NCBI GenBank assembly: GCA_002505695.1
Contig: DAVU01000020.1
Location: 97,107-161,106, forward strand
DNA length: 64,000 nucleotides
Origin: Euryarchaeota archaeon UBA487
Lineage (GTDB): Archaea > Thermoplasmatota > Poseidoniia > Poseidoniales > Thalassarchaeaceae
Reading direction: 5' to 3'
In this document: piece after piece, positions 30,401 to 39,102 of the stretch
Layout of the letters: every line of letters starts with the position of its first letter
How positions within the stretch are numbered: the stretch's first letter is position 1
Position numbers and translations under genes: made by a program
The notes under the pieces: model-generated
Databases searched by the model: none
Told to the model about the DNA's origin: nothing
Seen by the model: the letters and a program-made list of their open reading frames with translations, nothing else

Positions 30401-30947
30401 CGATGATGTCGCGATCCCATTGATGCGTATTTTTGTTGCACTCGCCCCAAATAACCGTTAGGTTGGCAGGTCTGACGAAGGTTTCACCCACGAATCTAAC
30501 ATTCTCCTGGAAGTAGACGATGTCTGGCATTTGGTCCCCGTCTATGTCGGCGATCTGGATTTGTTGGCTGTTTGCAGTCTGGAATATGTTTTGCCGTTGG
30601 GAATCTCCCACTCCACCTGCAATGAATATATCTTGTCTGTCAGGGAAGCCTCCCGAGCCGTCGTTGAACATCGACGTGAGGTAGAAGCCCATGCTGCTAG
30701 ACGCGACGATGTCGTTGTCCCCATCACAGTCCAGGTCCCCTGTGTCAACGTAATGCGGGTCCCTCTGAACTGCGTATTGTGTGATCTGAGAGGCACTAGC
30801 TGCTGGAATCAAACTGAGCATTGTCATGGATACCATCATGACGACTAAAGTGATCGCCTTGACTCTCCTATTCTCATTTCCTTTCGTCTTGCCCACGCTG
30901 CGCATGGCTCGCCGGAGTGGCAATGGTCTCTTATTATTTACCAACAA
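24450..30947 (-). CDS. Giant surface protein (2165 aa) with FG-GAP/VCBS-type repeats, C-terminal TM anchor and short cytoplasmic tail
   Basis: Signal/TM segment at the N-terminus. Repeated DxDGDGxxD motifs (DLDCDGDNDIV, DIDGDQMPDIV, DIDDDGDDDIV, DVNGDGNMDF) are present. The C-terminus carries GLVIPVVGGLLLVLAIAGVTLAMRGR followed by a roughly 55-aa tail. Confidence 0.8.
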   Translation of the reverse strand: MLVNNKRPLPLRRAMRSVGKTKGNENRRVKAITLVVMMVSMTMLSLIPAASASQITQYAVQRDPHYVDTGDLDCDGDNDIVASSSMGFYLTSMFNDGSGGFPDRQDIFIAGGVGDSQRQNIFQTANSQQIQIADIDGDQMPDIVYFQENVRFVGETFVRPANLTVIWGECNKNTHQWDRDIIEIPSHPFSQGMDIGDIDDDGDDDIVLATLTPDGGQTYLEVFKGPDPGPQADQTILIPAPTYGHYSYIELGQWGEDLAEDPFTGQTLPGECEDLDLWVLRTPRFNPGAGYSVGNYDNMTVIEFDCVTGLYADPNVGGSAAASIHDFTLDAEHGYELEIDVEDTDGDGIVDMVAAVDGIEGRISYATRSSVGSNWDTRNYINLGNYKGASITISDVNGDGNMDFFIPTELTLTRLQDSSSRNQTYTTVENLRELNSVEIILSNGQGTGYLSPISFDVGRRPTVAAPAQLKGDDTTAQEIIIGQRDYSYRFGSGAMWMDSLGWPGAGDFLSVLTLDNQDVAIDGLTIAPASTDPATGNAQLGEGTRFVNVTLMNTGLNPVSGSVDLDLAVKEVVGGVDTLVYSNDFDGNEDTTNCAGCTWTGASYTSDFAPGTSWHAETGSTASTENVSTYEADHNPTTYMWAGLDYNGTAENNSGYFNNMDEAFILEDVDLTGADAAFLDVSILCSVAFTNLFLSEPYVVQERWLYEDSCGIEAFSEGRGWESVWFQGGYDLDRYFNILQLNQDPELEIKNFAIYPQYVTEWTNYTEGGDEDEDVNTVEAIDLTPYAGEVIDLRFRFRSGLYGSVGTTDTSYDTGLDGFAFDNISIIKRNTIFGQEQSISQQVSFQPLAAGEEREITLSADFLDNTTYYISAGLTNFNGFVDQDPINDALKFQTTVKNLYDPGLAADPFVDFEPGVRYASAEYPIEIMVQNFGNTITNWTTEAEIFNALPDLTAIEDFSGINPIWSDDGNENGSRLDDSTTSNQVLPQNQGVFKNYAYWLGDPDVGYGDDWNEPMSVGPVGVGQTDSDYSYVSWDYYAEGDYLVDQFGNIQTVRDQAALFIEWTKQGQSYNGLVQGSWVDLNENGIQRTNPEDPQFHACEDFDNDGNYDEAEYFGDFGDRGYYTWFDSEQIVKSVVLDLTHIILENRTSDEAFQWRDECTSLEGSEVTLTWRFISNGDGINGNAGLAGFAIDNIRFEEFTFEDDGNYSVEVNGLDSQESQVVNLGTHDFDSGLYRIDVRTIFDNNDPTQKWYNAEEVNPSNNFSKVQFSIDSAEITLLQPNVLDCVGDVTYECVYPISPTSAHTFSLPILNGVIEGVYEVTMSIVDTTTGQMVWQATSDNGPFDLVPHQRAFANWTLGSNAQVGSTGMFNSWESGRAYNLSWDAKLVSDDSENGNKRYFDITFMDDIDVAILSNPTDQNRLQRVKSDLEAMGMTYTQFRTSEWEDYVTEDWTGVYHKVLLPWQTDYNAAYGDYYQKLSEVRASGLSVIDVLDNFMVNGGTLQVHLGPYRNDYVPDNLPFGMDIQERNPANSSIRFDYDDVRVIDRYHPLLGGVDLTALQGVHGGQYVAMSGLDISQVLPNQVPAACGGRISDPLGTFHSLLGSVEYGSQSLLSLCNRGNGGMIVTTMDVENPSFSEPYGGQTMPLLSNMLGYSVTPYPFDFGIAGDTFDLTINGVSPSINTVTKAYNTVYIKSNSELQFSYVSDASDLIADWTLEPGGEDAVTGWNSEIVDPGEFSHVSQSSAEIPTLGSFCVESTLSSTGCFIGAEWLLTLYLHDAEGHTRMTYVRLITNDTLADESDPTASMKLVEDSLTDEYVEDDGTKTVAGTDWDVHRVRLTPTGDITLSFSGAESNDADAPEGESGIQLYSWRVYFDYPVTSQPSLDGHVFDIPATAGGDSFSYTFRNVTSDGTLENQIRLELIVYDKAGKSSSKARMYFVVVGEDFGDEPPVVTFSSPKPNDSQTADRVTISGTVASGAENSDVRIQVALADPMILDLSPTPKATQKQIGKYNETGLLGDGSTFSITLDISDLYSESEGVLSTVHIRVIEGDGQRYTISTSEDIYLLKRSSDPCVRDPSAAGCDSGAQGIGLVIPVVGGLLLVLAIAGVTLAMRGRTRTTVSDEIRSFQGVQDLDPVEAYVQQMVGQGYPEDYARQYAQDYYANLNKK

Positions 30948-30970
30948 ATGCGCAATGCTGAGTCTTGTTG

Positions 30971-31573
30971 TTAGTCTCTGTAGACTTGTATCCAGGAGGG
31001 TGAAGGAGCGTACTCATGACCTGAATCTGTTAGAATTCTGTCCACCTTACCAGAGGCCCACAAACGCTTCAGTGCTAGGCTGACGGCAATTTCGTCAAGG
31101 GCTGTCCTTTCCGAGAGCAAGTCGGCTATCTTCTGGGGGGTTAGTGAGGAAAGACCGTGTTCAGTGATGACGATCGCCATGACGAGCCTTAGCCACTCCT
31201 CAGTAAGCGGGTCCATTGATATTGAATCTGGGGGAATTTGCGGCTCGGGCATCTCAGAGATGAAGATTTTCAACTCATTTTCATCGAGATCAGGGGGCGA
31301 AGTGGCATCTGAATTCTGTGTGGGATCGAAGGAACCTATCTCTCGGATTACCGCTGGTATCCTCGATGGATCAGGTGGTGGGCCGGGCAAAATTGGCTCA
31401 TCACTGCTAGGCCCCATTGGGTCCTTCCCTTCCCCATGGGTTAGTTCCATCATCCAACCGGAGTCTAAGCCTAGACCTATTTGATCAGAAAAATGTTTCA
31501 CCCACGCCTCAGGACCCTCGATAACTGCGATGATCTCATGGCCATCATGTCTGAACACTAGTCTGGATTTCAA
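30971..31573 (-). CDS. Hypothetical protein with C-terminal winged-helix-like segment
   Basis: An ORF with a Pro-rich linker and a C-terminal helix-turn-helix-like region (LTPQKIADLLSERTALDEIAVSLALKRL). Confidence 0.4.
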   Translation of the reverse strand: MKSRLVFRHDGHEIIAVIEGPEAWVKHFSDQIGLGLDSGWMMELTHGEGKDPMGPSSDEPILPGPPPDPSRIPAVIREIGSFDPTQNSDATSPPDLDENELKIFISEMPEPQIPPDSISMDPLTEEWLRLVMAIVITEHGLSSLTPQKIADLLSERTALDEIAVSLALKRLWASGKVDRILTDSGHEYAPSPSWIQVYRD

Positions 31574-31584
31574 AGTTGCAACTC

Positions 31585-34272
31585 CTATTTTGCTAAACCC
31601 CTTAGCACTGTTTGAAGGATTCCGCCATTCTGAAAGTACTCGACCTCAACCGGTGTATCGAGCCTGACCTTGGCTTGGAAGATGGTTGATTTGCCTGCTT
31701 TGTTGGTGGCAGTTATCGGGATGAGCTGTCCAGGCCTTGTGGCAAGATGGGATGGAATGTCGAAAGACTCTGTCCCGTCGAGGCCGATATCAGCAAGCCC
31801 TTGTCCCTCTTTGAATGACAGCGGGAGTATTCCCATCCCTACCAAATTGGACCTGTGTATCCTTTCAAACGACGTTGCGATTACTGCCTTTACCCCAAGC
31901 AGTAGTGGTCCCTTGGCCGCCCAATCCCTGCTGCTTCCTGTTCCATATTGGCTGCCTGCGATAACAATCAGAGGGGTTCCCTCATCTTGGTACCTCATGC
32001 TGGCCTCGAAGACGGACAAAACCTCGTTGGATGGGATATGGGTGGTGTATCCTCCAGTCGTGCCCGGAGCCAACTTGTTTTTGATTCGGACGTTGGCGAA
32101 TGTCCCTCTCATCATGACTTCGTGATTCCCGCGTCTGCTGCCGTATGAATTGAACTCTGTCTTTTCTATTCCGTGATCCTGAAGGTATTCGCCTGCAGGT
32201 GAAGAGGCTGAGAAGGCCCCTGCTGGACTGATGTGGTCTGTGGTGACGCTGTCTCCTAAAACCAGTAGCGAGCGAGCGCCAGTGATCGGCTTAATGGGCT
32301 CCATATCCAGGGGTACGTCGGTCAAGAAGGTGGGCCTTCTGACGTAGGTTGATTTTGGGTCCCACTCATACAACTCAGAGTCCCGGGCAGGGATAGCCTC
32401 CCAGCGTGGCTCGGACAAGACGTCCGAGTATCGTTCACGATACATCTGAGGAGAAATGGCTTTTGACATCACGTCGATGATTTCCTGATCTGATGGCCAA
32501 ATGTCCTTCAGGTATACTGGCAGGCCGTCCCTATCTAATCCCAAAGGGTCGGAGGAGAAGTCAAAATCAAGGTGGCCTGCGATTGCGTAGGCGACGACCA
32601 AAGGGGGGCTCGCTAGGTAATTGGCTTTGACCTTGGCATGCACCCTACCTTCGAAATTTCGATTTCCAGAAAGCACGCTGCCCACTACAAGGTCTCCCTC
32701 GTCTATCGCCTTTTCTATGTCTTCATCCAGAGGTCCTGAGTTTCCTATGCAGGTTGTACAGCCATAACCAACCGTGTTGAAGCCTAGATGTGCGAGATCC
32801 TCTTCTAAACCCGCCGCTTCAAGGTACTCTGTCACTACCCTGGAGCCAGGGGCCAGGCTAGGTTTGACCCATGGCTTGATTGCAAGCCCTGCCGTGATAG
32901 CATTCCTGGCGAGTAGACCAGCTCCTATCATCACGGACGGATTACTCGTGTTCGTGCAACTGGTGATTGCGGCGATCACCACGGAACCATGGCTGAGGAC
33001 AGTGCCCCTTTCCTCCAGTGGTTGAATTTCAGAAATATTGGCCTGGTCCAATCCGTGGCCAAAGTGCCCCAATGGTGCTGTGAGTGATTCCCGCCAATGA
33101 TCTCTCATTACCGCCAGTTCGACCCTGTCTTGTGGTCGTTTGGGACCAGCCATTGACGAAGCCACTGAAGAGAGGTCGAGATGTAGAGTCGATGTGAATT
33201 TTGGTGTTGTTGAGGTTTCCTGCCTGAACAAAGAATTCGCCCTCAGGTAACGTCCTATGTCTTCAACTGCAGAGGGATCTCTCCCCGATGATACCAGATA
33301 GTCCAGTGTGACTTGGTCTGCTGGGAAGAATCCGCAAGTTGCCCCGTATTCAGGAGCCATGTTTGCGATGGTGGCCCTATCAGGGAGGTTCAATGTATCC
33401 AATCCACTACCGAAGAACTCAACAAATCGACCTACTACCCCATGTTCCCGCAGCATTTCCACAATTCTGAGTGCCATGTCCGTCGCAGTAACGCCTGGTT
33501 TCAAGGAGCCGGTCAATTCCATTCCAACCACTTCGGGGAGGAGCATGTAAATTGGTTGGCCCAGCATAACCGCCTCGGCCTCGATGCCTCCTACTCCCCA
33601 ACCTAATACTCCCAATCCGTTGATCATGGTGGTGTGACTATCAGTGCCGACCAAAGAATCAGGTAACCAGATCCCATTTTCTTCACGGGCGAGGGACGCA
33701 ATCCATTCCAAGTTTACCTGGTGGACAATCCCTCGGCCAGGGGGTACTGCACGAAAATTAGAGAAGGACGACTGCCCCCATTTCAGGAATGAGTACCTCT
33801 CCATATTCCTGTGATATTCAAACTCAAGATTGAGTTCAAGTGCATTGGGCACCAATCCTGACGCATCCACTTGTATGCTGTGATCGATGACAAGGTCAAC
33901 AGGTACCTGGGGATTGACCTTGTTTGGATTCCCGCCCATCTCGACCATGGCATCCCGCATTGCCGCGATATCGACCACCGCAGGGACCCCAGTGAAGTCC
34001 TGTAGCAGGACCCGACTGGGCCTGTAGGGGATTTCGCTTCTCTCGCAGTCAGGGCTCCAAGATGCAATATTTTGGATATCCTTTGTGTTAATTAATCGTT
34101 CATCGCAAAGTCTCAGTGCAGACTCCAGCAAAATGCGGATCGTGTAAGGCAGGTCGTCAATAATGCACAGCCCCGCCTCCTCCAAGGCCTGTATGGATGC
34201 AAAACGAGACGTCGAGCCATCGGACTTCTCAAACTTCCTCATCGAATCAAACGGCAAGGTGTCGCCCATCAT
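31585..34272 (-). CDS. acnA: Aconitate hydratase A
   Basis: An 895-aa protein colinear with AcnA/IRP-type aconitases, with the Cys ligand region (ITSCTNTSNP) and SGNRNFEGR present. Confidence 0.9.
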   Translation of the reverse strand: MMGDTLPFDSMRKFEKSDGSTSRFASIQALEEAGLCIIDDLPYTIRILLESALRLCDERLINTKDIQNIASWSPDCERSEIPYRPSRVLLQDFTGVPAVVDIAAMRDAMVEMGGNPNKVNPQVPVDLVIDHSIQVDASGLVPNALELNLEFEYHRNMERYSFLKWGQSSFSNFRAVPPGRGIVHQVNLEWIASLAREENGIWLPDSLVGTDSHTTMINGLGVLGWGVGGIEAEAVMLGQPIYMLLPEVVGMELTGSLKPGVTATDMALRIVEMLREHGVVGRFVEFFGSGLDTLNLPDRATIANMAPEYGATCGFFPADQVTLDYLVSSGRDPSAVEDIGRYLRANSLFRQETSTTPKFTSTLHLDLSSVASSMAGPKRPQDRVELAVMRDHWRESLTAPLGHFGHGLDQANISEIQPLEERGTVLSHGSVVIAAITSCTNTSNPSVMIGAGLLARNAITAGLAIKPWVKPSLAPGSRVVTEYLEAAGLEEDLAHLGFNTVGYGCTTCIGNSGPLDEDIEKAIDEGDLVVGSVLSGNRNFEGRVHAKVKANYLASPPLVVAYAIAGHLDFDFSSDPLGLDRDGLPVYLKDIWPSDQEIIDVMSKAISPQMYRERYSDVLSEPRWEAIPARDSELYEWDPKSTYVRRPTFLTDVPLDMEPIKPITGARSLLVLGDSVTTDHISPAGAFSASSPAGEYLQDHGIEKTEFNSYGSRRGNHEVMMRGTFANVRIKNKLAPGTTGGYTTHIPSNEVLSVFEASMRYQDEGTPLIVIAGSQYGTGSSRDWAAKGPLLLGVKAVIATSFERIHRSNLVGMGILPLSFKEGQGLADIGLDGTESFDIPSHLATRPGQLIPITATNKAGKSTIFQAKVRLDTPVEVEYFQNGGILQTVLRGLAK

Positions 34273-34318
34273 GCATTCCCTCTAGTGGGTGGCAATTGAA
34301 GATGCCGGGAGAATCACA

Positions 34319-35530
34319 TTACAGCAATATTGCTGATTCTAGAATTACGGGATTCGTCGGTCGGTCATTACTGCCTGTTTGAACCTCGCTGATGCTTGTC
34401 ACCGCCTCACAACCGGCAATAATCGTGCCAAAAACGGTATGTTGGCCATCGAGCCAACTCGGGGTGCTGTCATCCGGAATTAGGAAGAATTGGCTGCCAC
34501 CTGTGTTAGGGGAGCTGGTTTTGGCCATCGAGATGGTGCAAGGCAGGTGCTTGAGTCCATTGTCTGCTTCATCTGGCAGTGTATACTGTGTGTAAGAACA
34601 GGCTCCTGCATTCGCCTCCTCTTGCCCGTTGCAATACCCATAGAAACTCGCAGCATATCCGCCTGTTCCATCTGAATTCTCAAAATCCCCTCCCTGTATC
34701 ATGAAGTCATCAATTACCCGATGGAAGGTAGTCTGGTTGTAGAACCCTGCATCTACATGCTGGATGAAACTGGAAACATGGGATGGTGCCATATCAGGGT
34801 ATAATTGAATATCAATCTCGCTGGTGACCTTTTGTCCTCCAATTTGAGGGTAATAACTCACGGTCAGCTTGACATTGTCTCCGTCAAGAGTGGTCGAAGC
34901 GTCATCTTCGCCCCAACCTGTGATTAAATCGCGCCCCTGCCCGAATACGGCTAGTAGAACTATACCCGATAGGAACATGGCTAGCAACCCAAATGGAGTA
35001 GGCTCGCCATTTGCGAATATAGAAAATCCCCTTCCAAGTTGTATGTTGGCCTCGTCCATCATAGACATCAGAGCATTCAATTGTTTTCGAGTCTCCTTGT
35101 TTCCTGGGTCTATTTTCTGAGCGCGCTCAAAGCTCTTCCTCGATTCCTTCCATGCTAGCCTCCTTATCGACTCGTCATTTTGACCTCGTGACATGTGGAC
35201 CAGCCCCGCGGATCTAACTAGCAGTACTTGATCCCCTTTGCTTAGTTTAGTGTCCCAAGTGTCTCTCAATGTGGATAGGGCTGCATCATAATCTCCATCT
35301 TCCATCAGGTCTTTTGACTTTGCAACTGCGTTCCTCACAGAGGTAGAGGGCATGACCCCCCCGGGTGGTATCTGGAATGAAAAGATGACGGATGACGGGA
35401 TAGGAATTTTTCTCGTGCTAGAACCGTTTATCAGATAGGAATACTCAAGTCCCTCATGCATCAGCGACGGCTCGCTCGCACTGCTGATGGACGCTTGCAA
35501 GGATGTGTATTCCCGAAATGGATGTATCAA
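34319..35530 (-). CDS. Cyclophilin-type peptidyl-prolyl cis-trans isomerase with N-terminal extension and TM segment
   Basis: The C-terminal domain carries FHRVIDDFMIQGGDF...GQHTVFG. A TM (LLAMFLSGIVLLAVFG) lies upstream, and the exact start is uncertain (several Met). Confidence 0.8.
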   Translation of the reverse strand: MIHPFREYTSLQASISSASEPSLMHEGLEYSYLINGSSTRKIPIPSSVIFSFQIPPGGVMPSTSVRNAVAKSKDLMEDGDYDAALSTLRDTWDTKLSKGDQVLLVRSAGLVHMSRGQNDESIRRLAWKESRKSFERAQKIDPGNKETRKQLNALMSMMDEANIQLGRGFSIFANGEPTPFGLLAMFLSGIVLLAVFGQGRDLITGWGEDDASTTLDGDNVKLTVSYYPQIGGQKVTSEIDIQLYPDMAPSHVSSFIQHVDAGFYNQTTFHRVIDDFMIQGGDFENSDGTGGYAASFYGYCNGQEEANAGACSYTQYTLPDEADNGLKHLPCTISMAKTSSPNTGGSQFFLIPDDSTPSWLDGQHTVFGTIIAGCEAVTSISEVQTGSNDRPTNPVILESAILL

Positions 35531-37305
35531 TAAACGACTTCGTAATCAACGTAGCAACTGCCAACGGGACAGGATCCCAATCATCCAACCTAATTCTCCT
35601 AAACTCAATGTTCGAGATGGGAGTTCCTGTCAGTGGAAAGAATCTATTCCCCAGCAACATATCCGGGCTTCCCACTTGGTACATCATTCGTGCGTCGGAT
35701 CAGGGGTACCAGGCACCGGGGGACAAAACCGACATACAGGTCCTGATGAATGCGGATACTTGGTTCAAGGACATAGAGAAAGTTGAATCCGGTTCGGTAA
35801 TTATTTTCAACGAGAATGTGAAGTTGCCGGTTGAACGGGATGATTGCCTAGTTTTCGGGCTACCGATGACAAAGCTTGCACGCGGAATAAATCCCAAAAT
35901 GGCCAAGATGATTGCCAATATGTATTATGTCGGAGTCATTCAGCACCTTATCGGAATAGATCAGGTCGCCCTCGAAAAGGCAGTCAATCGGCAGTTCAAA
36001 GGAAAGAAATCGGCCGTGGAGGTCAATCTCAGAGCTATAGAAGAAGGCAGAAAGATGGCCGAAGAGGGCATCACATGGGATAGTCCACATGCCGTTGAAG
36101 CCCGGCAAAAGAAAGAGGGTACATTCCTCATCGACGGGAACGAGGCTGCCGCACTTGGATCGATCTACGGAGGAGTCAACATGCTATCTTGGTACCCCAT
36201 TACCCCCTCTTCGTCCCTTGCAGAGGGCATAATTCACTGGCTCCCACAATTGAGAGAAACCGAAGACGGCATGTCTACATGCGCCGTGGTCCAGGCCGAG
36301 GACGAATTAGCAGCAGCAGGCATGGTTCTCGGAGCAGGCTGGGCTGGAGGCAGGGGGATGACATGTACCTCTGGTCCAGGCATCTCGTTGATGTCCGAAT
36401 TCATTGGGTTGGCATACTTTGCAGAAGTTCCGGGCGTTATCTGGGACGTCAACAGGGTTGGGCCCTCCACGGGGCTGCCAACAAGAACGCAACAGGGGGA
36501 TTTGAACCTCCTTAGAGAGGCAAGTCACGGAGATACTGAACATATTGTCCTGATTCCAGGTACTGTCGAAGAATGCTTTGAGTTTGGATGGAGGGCCTTT
36601 GACTATGCTGAGAGGTTCCAGACCTTAGTTTTCGGTTTCTCAGACCTAGATCTGGGAATGAATAACTGGGTCTGCAGTGGTTTTGAATATCCAGACGAAC
36701 CGATAGATAGGGGCAAAGTCGTTCGATCAGCAGAACAGATGGCTGCAATTGAAAACTATGGCAGATACAGGGATGTTGACGGAGATGGGATTCCCTACAG
36801 AACACTACCAGGCTCGGGATTGGATCCCATTTTATACAGGGGGACCGGTCACGACGAGGATGGGATATACAGCGAGGATCCAGAGGTGTATCAAAAACTG
36901 ATGATGCGCCTGAAGAGGAAATTATTCAACGCCAGAAAACACCTTCCTAGCCCCGTGATCCGCGAGGAAACGCAAAAAGATGTAGGGATCATCTACATGG
37001 GATCGATGGAAAACTCGATACAAGAAATCGACGACATCATTGAAGAAACTGGCCTGAAAGTGAGCCAATGCAGAGTGAGGGCAGTGCCCCTCCACCCCGA
37101 CATCGAGGCGTTCATTGAACGACACAACAGGGTGATAGTCCTGGAGATTAACCGAGACGGGCAGCTATATGGTGTCTTAAGAAAAGAGCTCCCGATCAAC
37201 CTAGTGCCAAAAATATCGAGCGTAGCCTACTCAGACGGTATGCCGCCCAGAGCAAGGATATATGCCGACCTAATACTAGAAGTCCTGAAGGAGGGGGCAC
37301 AATGA
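35503..37305 (+). CDS. korA: 2-oxoacid:ferredoxin oxidoreductase subunit alpha (fused gamma-alpha)
   Basis: N-terminal gamma-like domain (VINVATANGTGSQS) is followed by the alpha subunit core. It is translationally coupled (ATGA) to the beta subunit. A likely start is at Met 35518. Confidence 0.85.
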   Translation: MCIPEMDVSINDFVINVATANGTGSQSSNLILLNSMFEMGVPVSGKNLFPSNISGLPTWYIIRASDQGYQAPGDKTDIQVLMNADTWFKDIEKVESGSVIIFNENVKLPVERDDCLVFGLPMTKLARGINPKMAKMIANMYYVGVIQHLIGIDQVALEKAVNRQFKGKKSAVEVNLRAIEEGRKMAEEGITWDSPHAVEARQKKEGTFLIDGNEAAALGSIYGGVNMLSWYPITPSSSLAEGIIHWLPQLRETEDGMSTCAVVQAEDELAAAGMVLGAGWAGGRGMTCTSGPGISLMSEFIGLAYFAEVPGVIWDVNRVGPSTGLPTRTQQGDLNLLREASHGDTEHIVLIPGTVEECFEFGWRAFDYAERFQTLVFGFSDLDLGMNNWVCSGFEYPDEPIDRGKVVRSAEQMAAIENYGRYRDVDGDGIPYRTLPGSGLDPILYRGTGHDEDGIYSEDPEVYQKLMMRLKRKLFNARKHLPSPVIREETQKDVGIIYMGSMENSIQEIDDIIEETGLKVSQCRVRAVPLHPDIEAFIERHNRVIVLEINRDGQLYGVLRKELPINLVPKISSVAYSDGMPPRARIYADLILEVLKEGAQ

Positions 37306-38336
37306 GCAAAGTGATCAAACTCAATGTGATAGACAGGCCCAAGAGCGACTACACAGGGGGGCCATCATCCCTTTGCCCAGGTTGTGGACACGACCAAATT
37401 TCCGGAGTCATAATCCAAGCGTGCTGGGAGAATGGCATAGAGCCCAGCAGAATTGCAAAGATGAGTGGGATAGGCTGTTCATCCAAGACGCCTGCATATT
37501 TCCTTGGCCAATCGCATGGATTCAACACAGTCCACGGAAGAATGCCATCGGTTACCACCGGTGCCAACATGGTCAACAAGGACTTGGTCTACCTCGGTGT
37601 TTCGGGCGATGGTGACTCTGCAAGCATAGGTATCGGCCAGTTCATCCACGCCATACGCAGGAATCTGAACATGGTTTACATCATCGAAAACAATGGCGTC
37701 TACGGCCTGACAAAAGGGCAATATTCCGCTACAGTCGAGAAGGGATCAAAGAAGCGAAAGGGCGCACCAAATGAGCAACCTCCAATCGATATGTGCAAGT
37801 TGGCCATTAATTTGGGCTGTGGATTTGTAGCACGCTCCTTCTCTGGAGCGAAGAAGCAGCTTACATCTTTGATGAAAGCCGCACTGAGCCACAACGGCAT
37901 GGCTGTGATCGATGTGATCTCTCCGTGCGTCACATTCGCAAACAACGACGAGTCTTACAAATCGTACGGATATGTCAAGACCCAATCCGAAGAGTTGCAC
38001 GGCGTCGATTACATACATCATTTCCAACCCATGAACGAAGTGGATATTCCAGAGGGTGGATTTGAGGACGTAGAGCTATTCGATGGTAGTGTGTTGAGGC
38101 TTGAGACGTTATCTACGGAATATGACTACACCGACCCTACCGCAGCAATAGCGGCACTCCACGCGGCGGAAGTGGACAAGAAGCACATTACAGGATTGCT
38201 CCATCACAACACGGATATGCCAACCGCTGACGAAGATCAGGGCCTCGTCGATACGCCTCTATGCGACCTAAGCGAGGACATGCTGCGCCCCAGCAAGGAA
38301 AGGCACGAAGAGATAATGGCCAGATTCCGAGCATGA
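37302..38336 (+). CDS. korB: 2-oxoacid:ferredoxin oxidoreductase subunit beta (TPP-binding)
   Basis: CPGCGH...GIGCS and TPP-binding GDGD...N motifs (GVSGDGDSASIGIGQF...ENNGVYGLTKGQ) are present. Confidence 0.9.
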   Translation: MSKVIKLNVIDRPKSDYTGGPSSLCPGCGHDQISGVIIQACWENGIEPSRIAKMSGIGCSSKTPAYFLGQSHGFNTVHGRMPSVTTGANMVNKDLVYLGVSGDGDSASIGIGQFIHAIRRNLNMVYIIENNGVYGLTKGQYSATVEKGSKKRKGAPNEQPPIDMCKLAINLGCGFVARSFSGAKKQLTSLMKAALSHNGMAVIDVISPCVTFANNDESYKSYGYVKTQSEELHGVDYIHHFQPMNEVDIPEGGFEDVELFDGSVLRLETLSTEYDYTDPTAAIAALHAAEVDKKHITGLLHHNTDMPTADEDQGLVDTPLCDLSEDMLRPSKERHEEIMARFRA

Positions 38337-38392
38337 CTGGGACTCACTGACATGGGTTCGTTGAAATACAGAACCACTCACCGACTACCAGA

Positions 38393-38468
38393 AGTCCCGT
38401 AGTGTAGTGGTCCATCATATGGCACTCTGGATGCCATGACCCTGGTTCGAATCCGGGCGGGACTACCA
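38393..38468 (+). tRNA. tRNA-Gln (anticodon CUG), 76 nt, CCA encoded
   Basis: Sequence AGTCCCGTAGTGTAGTGGTCCATCATATGGCACTCTGGATGCCATGACCCTGGTTCGAATCCGGGCGGGACTACCA. The 7-bp acceptor, anticodon stem TGGCA/TGCCA with loop CTCTGGA, and GTTCGAATC T-loop are identifiable. Confidence 0.85.
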
Positions 38469-38546
38469 AGATCCTTCCTCGAATACCTTTGGCATTTGAG
38501 AAAGAAATCCTGGGTTGCCGATGGACTCTCCACCGACAGCAGGGTT

Positions 38547-38912
38547 TCATTCCCCTGGTAGTCTAATGAACGGAAGTTCTGTGGAAGTCGCGGCTTCCAT
38601 GGTGTCCACGGTGATCAAAGGAGTCAATTTGCCGTTGAAGACGCCCGATGCACCGACGTAAAGTGAGAATTTAATGGCCATCTCTTCGGATGGCAGGTTG
38701 ATGATCATCATGAAGTCCATTTCCCCATAGCACCAGTAGTATGCCTCCAAGGAGCCTCCCATGGAAGCGGCAGCTTTCTCGGCCTCCTCGTGCCTTGCCT
38801 TGCCTCCATCATTTAACAGCCCAGCAGCACCCTTTGAGGTGTAATTTCCTGAATACATGTATTTCGCCATGACCCCCCCAAGGGGTTCCCTCATTTCTTT
38901 TTTCCCTCTCAA
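38547..38912 (-). CDS. GYD domain protein
   Basis: MAKYMYSGNYTSKGAAGLL...MGGSLEAYYWCYGEMDFMMII matches the GYD family, and the size (about 100-120 aa) fits. Confidence 0.7.
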   Translation of the reverse strand: MRGKKEMREPLGGVMAKYMYSGNYTSKGAAGLLNDGGKARHEEAEKAAASMGGSLEAYYWCYGEMDFMMIINLPSEEMAIKFSLYVGASGVFNGKLTPLITVDTMEAATSTELPFIRLPGE

Positions 38913-38913
38913 C

Positions 38914-39102
38914 TCAAAGGGTTCTGTAGAGGAATTGGGACACCCATGAGATCATTATCACTATCATGAACCAACCCAGGGTCAACCGCATCACTCGATT
39001 ACGTTCTCGTTTTGGTGGAAATGGATCTATCCCCAACCTCATAGCCTCCGCAATTAGTTCTAGTTCCTCCTCGATTGTTTCTGGGTCCCTCTTGCTGTTC
39101 AT
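38914..39102 (-). CDS. Small membrane protein (hypothetical)
   Basis: A 62-aa ORF from Met MNSKRDPET with a single C-terminal TM (LGWFMIVIMISWV). It is tightly packed between the AKR and GYD genes. Confidence 0.35.
   Translation of the reverse strand: MNSKRDPETIEEELELIAEAMRLGIDPFPPKRERNRVMRLTLGWFMIVIMISWVSQFLYRTL

Noticed and set aside
38510-38546. Imperfect hairpin (GTTGCCGATGGA-ctc-TCCACCGACAGC) downstream of the GYD gene and tRNA-Gln
   Set aside because: Only 9 of 12 positions pair, and archaeal termination usually relies on oligo-T tracts rather than hairpins, so it was not called as a terminator.
38344-38550. 68-aa minus-strand ORF overlapping tRNA-Gln
   Set aside because: It overlaps a well-folded tRNA gene and the Gly/Pro-rich translation is typical of antisense tRNA sequence.
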